Shown here in pieces: positions 11,885 to 19,902 of a stretch of DNA of 64,000 bases. The DNA comes from Patescibacteria group bacterium (lineage in GTDB: Bacteria > Patescibacteriota > JABMPQ01), in assembly GCA_041749335.1 (NCBI GenBank), contig JBGTBM010000007.1, positions 85,408 to 149,407 on the forward strand, given 5' to 3'. Every line of letters begins with the position of its first letter. Positions within the stretch are counted from its first letter, which is position 1. The position numbers and the translations under genes are program-made. Below the pieces are notes generated by a model, which was not told where the DNA came from, did no database searches, and was given only the letters and a program-made list of their open reading frames with translations.

Positions 11885-11908
11885 TCACCCCACGAAGGGT
11901 GTTTTTTA
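11885..11908 (+). terminator. rRNA operon terminator
   Basis: caccc-cacgaa-gggtg followed by T7. Confidence 0.7.
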
Positions 11909-11932
11909 TTTATGAAACTGTTTATAACTTTT

Positions 11933-11961
11933 TTGATATTAGATCTTAAATTTGGTATATT
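11933..11961 (+). promoter_or_regulatory. Sigma70-like promoter for galU
   Basis: TTGATA, a 17-bp spacer, then TATATT, about 40 nt upstream of ATG 12000. Confidence 0.5.
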
Positions 11962-11999
11962 AAATAAGTAATTTAGCAATATAAATAATTTGTTAATCT

Positions 12000-12875
12000 A
12001 TGTCTAAAATAAGAAAAGTCGTGATTCCGGTAGCAGGATATGGAACCAGATTTTTACCGGCCACCAAAGCGCAGCCAAAAGAATTAATGCCGGTAGTTGA
12101 TAAGCCGATTGTGCAATATGTAGTGGAGGAGGCAGTAGCTTCGGGCATTACCGATGTTATTTTAATAACCGGTGCGAGTAAACATGCGGTGGAAAATCAT
12201 TTTGACTATAATTACGAGCTTCAGGCCATGCTTAAAAAACAAGGCAAAGAAGAAAAGAGAGCTGAAATTAAAGAAATTGCGGACATGGCTAATTTTATTT
12301 ATGTTCGTCAAAAAGGACCTTATGGCAATGGTACTCCGATTTTATGTGCCAAAGAAGTAGTTGGTGATGAACCCTTTGCGGTATTGTGGGGCGATGAATT
12401 TTTTTATTCTACCGGAAAGCCCAGATTAAAGCAGCTGATTGAAGTTTACGATAAATATACAGATCCGGTTTTAACCGCCAAGGAAACTGATGATGAAGGT
12501 ACGAGGAAATATGGAATATTGGACGCAGTGAAAGTTGAAGATAATGTTTTCCAAGTAAATAAAATAGTAGAGAAGCCGGGTCCGGAAAAAGCGCCGTCGC
12601 ACTTGGCATCATTGGGAGGTTTTGTTTTAACGCCGGATATTTTTGAGGAGCTGGAAAAAACAAAATTGGGAAAAGATAATGAACTTTGGCTGGTGGATGC
12701 CATATTTTCCTTGTCTAAAAAAAGGCCGATTTATGCCTGCGAAGTAGATGCCGACTACTATGACACCGGTTCAAAGATAGGCTGGCTTAAAGCTAATATT
12801 GATATGGGTCTGAAACATCCGGAAGTAAAAGACGACCTAATAAAACTCATAAAAGAAAAAAATAACTTAATATAA
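12000..12875 (+). CDS. galU: UTP--glucose-1-phosphate uridylyltransferase
   Basis: VIPVAGYGTRFLPATKAQPKELMPVVDKPIVQYVVEEA is the classic GalU N-terminal nucleotide-binding signature. Length 291 aa. Confidence 0.88.
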   Translation: MSKIRKVVIPVAGYGTRFLPATKAQPKELMPVVDKPIVQYVVEEAVASGITDVILITGASKHAVENHFDYNYELQAMLKKQGKEEKRAEIKEIADMANFIYVRQKGPYGNGTPILCAKEVVGDEPFAVLWGDEFFYSTGKPRLKQLIEVYDKYTDPVLTAKETDDEGTRKYGILDAVKVEDNVFQVNKIVEKPGPEKAPSHLASLGGFVLTPDIFEELEKTKLGKDNELWLVDAIFSLSKKRPIYACEVDADYYDTGSKIGWLKANIDMGLKHPEVKDDLIKLIKEKNNLI

Positions 12876-12877
12876 AA

Positions 12878-14191
12878 ATGAAAAATAAAAGCAAGTTTTT
12901 CCGCATCGGAGTCATACTGTTTGCCATTTTACTGTTTGCCGGTTTTGGTTGTAAGGATGATAGCCAAAAACAAGACGCGGAGCAATTAGAACCGGTAGAA
13001 ATTGTTATTTGGAGCTTATGGGATGAAAAAGAAGTATATGATCCTTTGTTGAATGAATATACAAAGCTTAATCCCAATATTCGCTTTGATTACAAAAAAT
13101 TTACTTTTGAAGAATATGAACAGGCTGTTGTTAATGCATTGGCCGCTGGCAAGGGCCCGGATATTTGGTTGATGCACCATACTTGGCTGCCAAAACATCT
13201 GGATAAATTAGCTTCTATGCCGGAAGGCAAGATGTCAGCTTTTGAATATTCCGATACCTTTGTCGATGTGGCATATAATGATTTTGTTATCGACAATCAA
13301 ATATATGGAATTCCGCTTTCAGTCGATACGCTGGCAATGTATTACAATAAAGATTTATTTAATTCAGCAGCCATTACTAATCCTCCGGCCAATTGGCAAG
13401 AATTCAAGGATGATGCCAGGGCTTTAACCAAAATTAATGAGTATGGCGATATTCAGCAGGCCGGGGCGGCCATCGGTACCGCTAGAAATATAAACCGAGC
13501 AGTAGATATTCTATACTTGCTGATGATCCAAAACGGTACGGAAATGACTGATGAAAACAATACTAATGTTTTATTTAATCAGTCTGCTACGGCCGCGGAC
13601 GGAGAAGAATATATTCCCGGATTGGACGCTTTGATTTTTTATACCGATTTTGCCAATCCTAAAAAAACCATCTATACCTGGAATCCCACCATGCACTATA
13701 ACACTGACGCTTTTATTGAAGAGAGCGTAGCAATAATGTTTAATTATTCTTATCAAAATGAGGTAATTAGAGGCAAGGCTCCTCGCATGAATTATGGCAT
13801 TGCGCCCGCTCCGCAAATTGAGGGATCGTCCAAGAGATATGATTTTGCCAATTATTGGGGATTTACGGTAGCTAATAATTCAAAAAATCAGGAAATCGCC
13901 TGGGATGTGCTTACCTTTTTAGGCAAGCAAGAAAATGTTAAAGCATATACCGAAACCACTAAAAGGCCGGCTTCTCGTAGAGATGTTTTGAACGAACAAT
14001 TGCAAGATCCTGACCTAAAGGTTTTTGCCGAGCAAGCATTATCGGCCCAGAGCTGGCATCAGGTTGATCCCGGGCAAATTGAAGCGATTATGGCCGACAT
14101 GATCGAAAAAGTCGCTTTAGGAGAGATTGAAGCCGAAGAAGCCTTAAATGACGCAGTCAATCGAGTGGATGTTTTAATGAGTAATCAATAA
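12878..14191 (+). CDS. Lipoprotein, extracellular solute-binding protein (ABC sugar-transporter SBP family 1-like); no cognate permease nearby
   Basis: Signal peptide with a Cys (LFAGFGCKDD). Size and composition (aromatic- and Asn-rich, ~437 aa) fit family 1. The call is heuristic. Confidence 0.55.
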   Translation: MKNKSKFFRIGVILFAILLFAGFGCKDDSQKQDAEQLEPVEIVIWSLWDEKEVYDPLLNEYTKLNPNIRFDYKKFTFEEYEQAVVNALAAGKGPDIWLMHHTWLPKHLDKLASMPEGKMSAFEYSDTFVDVAYNDFVIDNQIYGIPLSVDTLAMYYNKDLFNSAAITNPPANWQEFKDDARALTKINEYGDIQQAGAAIGTARNINRAVDILYLLMIQNGTEMTDENNTNVLFNQSATAADGEEYIPGLDALIFYTDFANPKKTIYTWNPTMHYNTDAFIEESVAIMFNYSYQNEVIRGKAPRMNYGIAPAPQIEGSSKRYDFANYWGFTVANNSKNQEIAWDVLTFLGKQENVKAYTETTKRPASRRDVLNEQLQDPDLKVFAEQALSAQSWHQVDPGQIEAIMADMIEKVALGEIEAEEALNDAVNRVDVLMSNQ

Positions 14192-14196
14192 TAGAT

Positions 14197-14940
14197 ATGA
14201 TTAAGTTGGAAAAAATAATAATGATATTGTTAATATTTGGATTATTTGCTGTATTTCAATTTCCAAATATTACATATGCAGAAGATGAAAAAATTTTAGA
14301 CAAAGGAGCATATTGTGGATTTTATCAACCTTTTTATGTTACGCCAACCATGAAATCTAAAACATTGGAAGGTTATAAATGTATAGAAGGTACAGTTTGT
14401 GGCTACGCAAGCGTCTGCGATGAGCTGCCCGCAAGTGCTACTGAGGCGGGATATAAGGGCAAACCAAGATTTGCATGTATACCTCCCGAGTGGGTTCAAC
14501 AAAGACAGGATCAATTAACTGCCTGTATTCAAGGAGGTCCAGAAAAGGCTGCCGAAGAAGCAAAAAAAACTAAAGCAGACAATGCTTGTCTTGCTCAAGC
14601 TACCTCGACAGAAAGGGGGATTTTTACTAGAGACCTATCACCAAAATGTTTTGCTTGCGGGGAATGTACTCAAAAAGATGTTTTCCAGGAATTTATTAAT
14701 ATTTTTACCTTTATTCTACAAATTTCCGGAAGTTTAGCTGTATTAGTCATAGTAATTGGGGGAATTATGTACATGACAGCGGCCGGCGATCAGCAAAAAA
14801 CACAAAAGGCCAAAGGAGCTTTGACAGCGGCTATTATAGGTCTTATAATAGTTCTAGTGGCATTCACCTTGATAACATTTGTGATGAATTTATTGGGGTA
14901 TTCAAATGCCGGTTCATGGTACAGTCCCAGTTTAAAATAA
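14197..14940 (+). CDS. Secreted Cys-rich protein with a C-terminal TrbC/VirB2-like (T4SS-pilin-like) two-helix domain; paralog 1 of 4
   Basis: N-terminal signal/TM segment. About 140 aa containing 10 Cys (YCGF, KCIEGTVCGYASVCDE, FACIPP, TACIQ, NACLAQ, PKCFACGEC). C-terminal LAVLVIVIGGIMYMTAAGDQQKTQKAKGALTAAIIGLIIVLVAFTLITFV is shared with the three downstream paralogs. Confidence 0.55.
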   Translation: MIKLEKIIMILLIFGLFAVFQFPNITYAEDEKILDKGAYCGFYQPFYVTPTMKSKTLEGYKCIEGTVCGYASVCDELPASATEAGYKGKPRFACIPPEWVQQRQDQLTACIQGGPEKAAEEAKKTKADNACLAQATSTERGIFTRDLSPKCFACGECTQKDVFQEFINIFTFILQISGSLAVLVIVIGGIMYMTAAGDQQKTQKAKGALTAAIIGLIIVLVAFTLITFVMNLLGYSNAGSWYSPSLK

Positions 14941-14944
14941 AAAT

Positions 14945-15358
14945 ATGTATAAAAATAAAATTATCGCTTTAGTAATTTTGATCATTTTTTCTAGTTTAAT
15001 TGTTTCCAATTTTGTATTGGCGCAAACTACTCCCAACGCTCCCAATATCCCATCAACATCAAATACTCCTAGCACCACCACGGGCACAAAAACATCAACT
15101 GCGACATTGACTAATCCTCTGTCGGTTAGTACGCCTGGGGCATTGATCGGAAATATTATTAAAACGTTAATGGGTGTCGTGGGGGTTGTGGCAGTTTTAA
15201 TGATTGTCTGGGGAGGTGTAATGTATATGACTTCGGCCGGCAGTGATGAAAAAATCGGCACAGCCAAGAAAATAATAACCGGAGCAATTATCGGCCTAGT
15301 GATATCAATATTGGCATATGTAATAATTGATTTTGTTATTAAAGCAATCGGAGGATAA
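14945..15358 (+). CDS. TrbC/VirB2-like pilin-like small protein (paralog 2); Thr/Ser/Pro-rich variable region
   Basis: Signal peptide; NAPNIPSTSNTPSTTTGTKTSTATLTNP; conserved C-terminal VGVVAVLMIVWGGVMYMTSAGSDEKIGTAKKIITGAIIGLVISILAYVIIDFV. Confidence 0.55.
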   Translation: MYKNKIIALVILIIFSSLIVSNFVLAQTTPNAPNIPSTSNTPSTTTGTKTSTATLTNPLSVSTPGALIGNIIKTLMGVVGVVAVLMIVWGGVMYMTSAGSDEKIGTAKKIITGAIIGLVISILAYVIIDFVIKAIGG

Positions 15359-15363
15359 ATATT

Positions 15364-15765
15364 ATGAAAACAAACTTGATAAATTTATTAGTGGTAATAC
15401 TAGCCTCATTATTTATTATATTTCCCATTGCACAGTTTTGCTATGCGGGCACTACTACCACTACCCCTTCAACTACCACCGGCTCTGACAAATACGGCCT
15501 TGGCGATGTAAAGAGTAGCGGACTGGTTACCAAAGATGCTACCGAAGTGGTCGGCAGTATTATTCAAACAATTATCGGGATCGTCGGTGTAATATTGGTA
15601 GTAGTACTTATTTATGGCGGAGTGCTCTATATGACTTCTGGAGGCAGTGAAGAGAAAACAAAAACTGCGAAAAAAGCGATAACCTATGGAATTGTCGGAA
15701 TAACTATTATTGCCCTGGCATTTGCAGTTACTCGCTTTGTGCTTGATGCGTTAATTAAACAATAG
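15364..15765 (+). CDS. TrbC/VirB2-like pilin-like small protein (paralog 3)
   Basis: Signal peptide; TTTTTPSTTTGS; conserved C-terminal VGVILVVVLIYGGVLYMTSGGSEEKTKTAKKAITYGIVGITIIALAFAVTRFV. Confidence 0.55.
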   Translation: MKTNLINLLVVILASLFIIFPIAQFCYAGTTTTTPSTTTGSDKYGLGDVKSSGLVTKDATEVVGSIIQTIIGIVGVILVVVLIYGGVLYMTSGGSEEKTKTAKKAITYGIVGITIIALAFAVTRFVLDALIKQ

Positions 15766-15796
15766 GATTAATAAAAATAAAATATATTGAAGGGAG

Positions 15797-16195
15797 GTGA
15801 TATCAGTGAAAAAATACATAAAGTTAATTTCAGCAAGCCTGGTAGCCGTTTTTGCGTTGGCGTTGGTTGTTCCTGCTGTAGCAGGTGCAGCCGCAACTCC
15901 TCCTACCAGTCCGACTGAATTACTAAATCAAACCGCAAATAAGTCAGGACAAACCCAAACTAGATCATTAACGGATATAATCGGTAACATTATTCAATGG
16001 ATTTTAGGCCTAGTTGGTGTGGTTTTGCTAATTATGTTTATTTATGGCGGTGTGCTTTATGCAACATCTGCCGGCAATGAAGATAAAGTAGAAACAGGCA
16101 AAAAGGTGATGCTATATGCTATTATCGGAGTGGTTATTATCGCTTTGGCGTTTGCCTTAACCAGATATGTAATCGATGCCTTATTTCAAGCGTAA
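15797..16195 (+). CDS. TrbC/VirB2-like pilin-like small protein (paralog 4)
   Basis: Signal peptide (AAATPPTSPTELLNQ); conserved C-terminal VGVVLLIMFIYGGVLYATSAGNEDKVETGKKVMLYAIIGVVIIALAFALTRYV. SD gaagggaggtg lies upstream. Confidence 0.55.
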   Translation: MISVKKYIKLISASLVAVFALALVVPAVAGAAATPPTSPTELLNQTANKSGQTQTRSLTDIIGNIIQWILGLVGVVLLIMFIYGGVLYATSAGNEDKVETGKKVMLYAIIGVVIIALAFALTRYVIDALFQA

Positions 16196-16210
16196 AAATT
16201 TAACAATTAT

Positions 16211-16245
16211 AAAACAGGCAATGTATACAGCCTGTTTTATTATTT
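16211..16245. terminator. Bidirectional terminator between the convergent pilin-like array and the GT-C gene
   Basis: aaaacaggc-(10 nt loop)-gcctgtttt with A/T runs on both sides. Confidence 0.55.
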
Positions 16246-17760
16246 TAGTTTATATATTAAAATGTTTTCATTTTCATAAATTGTTTCGAATCTGAAGTCT
16301 TTTTTAGCATAATCGACAAATTCAGAAAAATCTTTATTTATAAAAACATAGTCAGCCTTAAAGTCTTGTTTAATAATTTGATAAGAGTTCTCTAGCGATT
16401 GTTGAGAAAATAATTGATGCCACTTTTGATATAAATTATAATTATATTCTTTCATGAAATTAGGGTCCAGACCGGCAATGTAATAATTTTGATCATTGTA
16501 AAATAACAATTGCGGTGATTCGCTCCAGTCCAAATGATAAACAATTTCATTAGCCGGAATATTTTCTTTCATCCAAATACTGGCTTTCTTGATATTTGTT
16601 TTATCCTCTTTGTCATTATTGAGATTAAAATATACCGCTTGAAAATTATAAATGGCTGCGCTTGTAAGTAAAAAAATAATTAATAATTTTGAAGTATATT
16701 TATTTTTAAATAAAAATAATTTACCGATATATTTATTAATAGCAATATGATTATTTGTATATAAGTAAGCGGCCAGCAGGATAATTAGCGGAGCGCTATA
16801 TTCAATCATTTTTCTTACAACGATTGTCAGTATAAAAAAAATTACTGCGTTTAAAAATAAAAATAATGTTATTTTGCCAATTTTTCTATGTTTAATTTTG
16901 GTTAATAAAATTATAAAAATAGAAATGACAAAGAGCGCGATAATTATCAAAGAAGACGAGATTAAAAAACGTGGAGCAGACATATACCATTCAATTCCTA
17001 CCGGCATATTTGAAAAAGGGTCTTTTAAGGCAACTTGGTATAAATGAAAAAAAAGATGGTAAATATTTTTAGGAAAATATGGATTTAAAATTATGGCGAT
17101 AACAACTCCGGTAAGATAACAAAAAATCGGGTAAAATAAATCGGAGATTAATTTGGTATTTTTGGTTTTAAATAAATAGTAAACTTCAATCAGAGATTTA
17201 ATAGCAATGACAATGCCTAAAATAATAAATCCATCAAAGAGCCAAGCATAAAAAATAGTAAGCGGTATTAAATATATATAATTATTTTTAATCAGCAGAT
17301 AAATTCCTATTAGTAAAAGAATTAAAGCCAAGCTTTGCGCTCGCAGTAAGTTTAGCCGAAAAATAAAAAGCGAAGAGGAAAAAAGCAACAGCAGAGTCCA
17401 AAAGTGCGGAAACTTGATGTTAAGTTTTTTCAAAATAACAAAAAAAGCAATAAAAAAAGCGGCTGAAAAAATGATAGTAGCAATTTTAGCAGCTAAAAAT
17501 GGTTCTAATAATTTAAAAAAGGGCAGCAGTAATATATGAAAAAGAAGGTGATGCTCAACGAAATTATCATTTAATATGGTGTATTGCAGCCAGGGAAAAA
17601 TTTCAACCAACTTGCCGCTATCTAAAATAAGTTGAGCCATTTTGGCGTGATAATAGACATCGGTACATAAAAACTCATAAGCTTTAAATTGAATAATAGC
17701 TATAAATGAAATTACAGTTGTGATTAATATGATGTACTTTAAATAAAATTTTATACGCAT
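16240..17760 (-). CDS. Large polytopic membrane protein, putative GT-C-fold glycosyltransferase (PMT_2/ArnT/oligosaccharyltransferase-like)
   Basis: 506 aa with ~12 TM helices in the N-terminal 400 aa and a soluble C-terminal ~100 aa domain, an architecture typical of GT-C enzymes. No unambiguous catalytic motif was identified by eye. Confidence 0.35.
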   Translation of the reverse strand: MRIKFYLKYIILITTVISFIAIIQFKAYEFLCTDVYYHAKMAQLILDSGKLVEIFPWLQYTILNDNFVEHHLLFHILLLPFFKLLEPFLAAKIATIIFSAAFFIAFFVILKKLNIKFPHFWTLLLLFSSSLFIFRLNLLRAQSLALILLLIGIYLLIKNNYIYLIPLTIFYAWLFDGFIILGIVIAIKSLIEVYYLFKTKNTKLISDLFYPIFCYLTGVVIAIILNPYFPKNIYHLFFHLYQVALKDPFSNMPVGIEWYMSAPRFLISSSLIIIALFVISIFIILLTKIKHRKIGKITLFLFLNAVIFFILTIVVRKMIEYSAPLIILLAAYLYTNNHIAINKYIGKLFLFKNKYTSKLLIIFLLTSAAIYNFQAVYFNLNNDKEDKTNIKKASIWMKENIPANEIVYHLDWSESPQLLFYNDQNYYIAGLDPNFMKEYNYNLYQKWHQLFSQQSLENSYQIIKQDFKADYVFINKDFSEFVDYAKKDFRFETIYENENILIYKLK

Positions 17761-17800
17761 ATTTAAATCAATAATATCATTAAAGTGCTCATTGTTAAAT

Positions 17801-17836
17801 AAAAAAGCGGGATGTAGTTAATTGATAACATCCCGC
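17801..17836 (-). terminator. Rho-independent terminator of the minus-strand GC-rich operon
   Basis: On the minus strand: gcgggatgt-(12 nt)-acatcccgc followed by T6. Confidence 0.65.
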
Positions 17837-17869
17837 TATGAAAAAAATGAACGAAAGAACGTGGAAGGA

Positions 17870-18295
17870 CTAGAGAGGAGGATCAACGGCGGCGAAGTTG
17901 TAGAAGGGGTCCCTGCCTTTGTTCTGTTTGGGCTGACGAGAGGAGGGCTGGTAGGATTTCTGCTTTTTCTGCTGGGGGTAGGCGCGTCGCTGGTACTCAT
18001 GATACCGGCGGTTGCCTTCCATCTCTCTCGCGTGCATCCGCTGGATTGCCTCTTCACTCTCCTGTGTGAGCTTGTCTTGGCACCCTTTGATCGGTGTGAA
18101 GACGCAGGTGTAGAAAAGCACTCCAAAAACCAGTGGTACGAAAGTCCAGAAGAACAGCGGCTCCATCTTTTCAAAGTTGATAGTGAGACTGCGAGGAGCA
18201 GGCGGACTGTTTGAAACAGCAGCTTGCTTGCTTCGCGCCCGAAAAACCATAGCTGCCACGAAAATGATGCAGCCAACCAGGAATATGTATCCCAT
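17870..18295 (-). CDS. Membrane protein co-transcribed with the SPFH gene (possible NfeD/YqiJ-like partner)
   Basis: 141 aa. Two N-terminal TM helices, then a charged Gln/Arg/Lys-rich tail. GC-rich codon usage like the upstream SPFH gene. The overlapping + strand ORFs are judged spurious. Confidence 0.5.
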   Translation of the reverse strand: MGYIFLVGCIIFVAAMVFRARSKQAAVSNSPPAPRSLTINFEKMEPLFFWTFVPLVFGVLFYTCVFTPIKGCQDKLTQESEEAIQRMHAREMEGNRRYHEYQRRAYPQQKKQKSYQPSSRQPKQNKGRDPFYNFAAVDPPL

Positions 18296-18310
18296 GGGGC
18301 TTGCTCCTTT

Positions 18311-19234
18311 CTATTTTTTCTTACCCGGGCCCTTCATGGCGTCGGCCATAATGTGGGCGATCGGAATAGACGCAGCGAGGCCGGAGGCGAGATCATCGGA
18401 AACGATGTAAACGCCGTCGCCCTTGGCCATTTCTTCACGACCTTCAATGCCGCGAATGGCGGCGCCTTCCGCCGGAGTCCAGTGCTTTTTGCCAAGGATG
18501 GAGCTATAGACTTCATCGACACGTTCTTTCTCCGCCTGGGCATCCATACGCTTGGCATCGGCTTTGGCGGCCGCGACTTTGCGGACCTTGATCGCCTCGG
18601 CGTCCGCTTCGAGTGAAGCAGATTCCGGCTTGCTGATCGCGGCTTCCAGTTCTTGTGGAAGCTCCAGGTTCGTAAGTAGTATGCTTACGTTCCGAATTTG
18701 CGATTCAACAAGAATGTTGTGGCGATCATTTTTTAATAGATTATCCAGACGATCTTTTATATCAGTATTGAATTCTTTACGATCATGGTAAAGTCTCTCC
18801 CAGTCAAACTCTTGGCAAACATCCTCTACCAAATCCACGACCGGCTCCATAAAAAGACTGTGGAGATATTCGGATTCAAGTGAATTAATAATTTTGACTG
18901 TCTTAAGCAGCAAGGGAAGTTCCATAGGGCGCATGCGCGTGGGGTACCGGAAGCGTAAGGACAGATGAACAGTAACGTTGACCGCCGAGTGGCCCTTGTC
19001 CTTCTTTGTCAATATGCGAGTATTGAACTCTAATTCCTGCTTGGATGTTGGGAAAACGATCAAATCGCAGAGGGGAAAGGGGATGAAAATCAGACCCGAT
19101 TCTACCGCTTTTTCCGGCTTGCCGAAGGTGGTTACCACCCCGGCCTCTGCCGCCTTAACGACGCGCACAGACTTATACAGCCAAAAACCGATCAGAACCG
19201 CAAGTCCCAGAATAAAAGCCGTTGCTTCGGACAT
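18311..19234 (-). CDS. SPFH/band-7 (stomatin/prohibitin/HflKC-like) domain membrane protein
   Basis: N-terminal TM helix followed by VVKAAEAGVVTTFGKPEKAV..., the canonical start of the SPFH domain. A long coiled-coil Ala/Glu/Lys-rich C-terminal region (EADAEAIKVRKVAAAKADAKRMDAQAEKERV). Confidence 0.75.
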   Translation of the reverse strand: MSEATAFILGLAVLIGFWLYKSVRVVKAAEAGVVTTFGKPEKAVESGLIFIPFPLCDLIVFPTSKQELEFNTRILTKKDKGHSAVNVTVHLSLRFRYPTRMRPMELPLLLKTVKIINSLESEYLHSLFMEPVVDLVEDVCQEFDWERLYHDRKEFNTDIKDRLDNLLKNDRHNILVESQIRNVSILLTNLELPQELEAAISKPESASLEADAEAIKVRKVAAAKADAKRMDAQAEKERVDEVYSSILGKKHWTPAEGAAIRGIEGREEMAKGDGVYIVSDDLASGLAASIPIAHIMADAMKGPGKKK

Positions 19235-19482
19235 CTCACACCTCTTTTCTTGTTTTGCGTGGTTAAATTGTCAAAAAGCTTACATTTTCTGAATATTGAA
19301 TGATAACATAAATAAGAAAAAATGTCAATATTTTATGGAATAAATTAAGCAATGCTGGTAAAGCGCATAAATAAGGCAAATTTAGCCTTAATTATTATAG
19401 AAAATAGTCTATGCATAAAAAAGTAAATTTTGACTTTTTAGCTTAAATAAACTACGATTATAGCAAGATAATATTAAATCAT

Positions 19483-19869
19483 ATGAAAAATCAAAAAATA
19501 AAAATTCTGATCGTAGATGATGAAGCGGATATTTTGGCGATTTATCAAGAAAAATTTTCTCTGGAAGGCTACCGAGTGGAAGCTACGGACAAAGGCAAAG
19601 AGGTTCTTACGCTAGCAAAAAAATTTAAGCCTAAACTAATTTTACTTGATATTATGATGTTGGATACCGATGGCTATAAAGTAATCAAACAGCTAAAGAC
19701 TGATAAAATCACCAAAAAAATACCGGTGATTATGCTGTCTAATCTGGGGCACGGCGAAGCGATAGAAAAGGGCATTATTAACGGCGCCGATGATTATATT
19801 GTCAAAGTAAACTATACCCCCAGAGAAATAGTGGAAAAAGTTAATATTTTTCTAAAAGATCATAAATAG
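19483..19869 (+). CDS. Stand-alone response-regulator receiver domain (CheY-like), no output domain
   Basis: KILIVDDEADIL...LILLDIMMLDTDGYKVIKQLK...KIPVIMLSNLGHGEA. The phospho-acceptor Asp and the conserved Thr/Lys region are present. Confidence 0.85.
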   Translation: MKNQKIKILIVDDEADILAIYQEKFSLEGYRVEATDKGKEVLTLAKKFKPKLILLDIMMLDTDGYKVIKQLKTDKITKKIPVIMLSNLGHGEAIEKGIINGADDYIVKVNYTPREIVEKVNIFLKDHK

Positions 19870-19902
19870 CGGGCGAGTTAAAACATCTAATTCGGAGCAA
19901 AT

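Noticed and set aside
17822-18616. Plus-strand ORFs 17822..18214, 18177..18410 and 18224..18616, and minus-strand 17836..18276 and 18334..18558, in the GC-rich island
   Set aside because: They overlap the SPFH gene and its partner. The minus-strand frames chosen have TM/SPFH signatures and a shared terminator. The others are GC-induced open frames.
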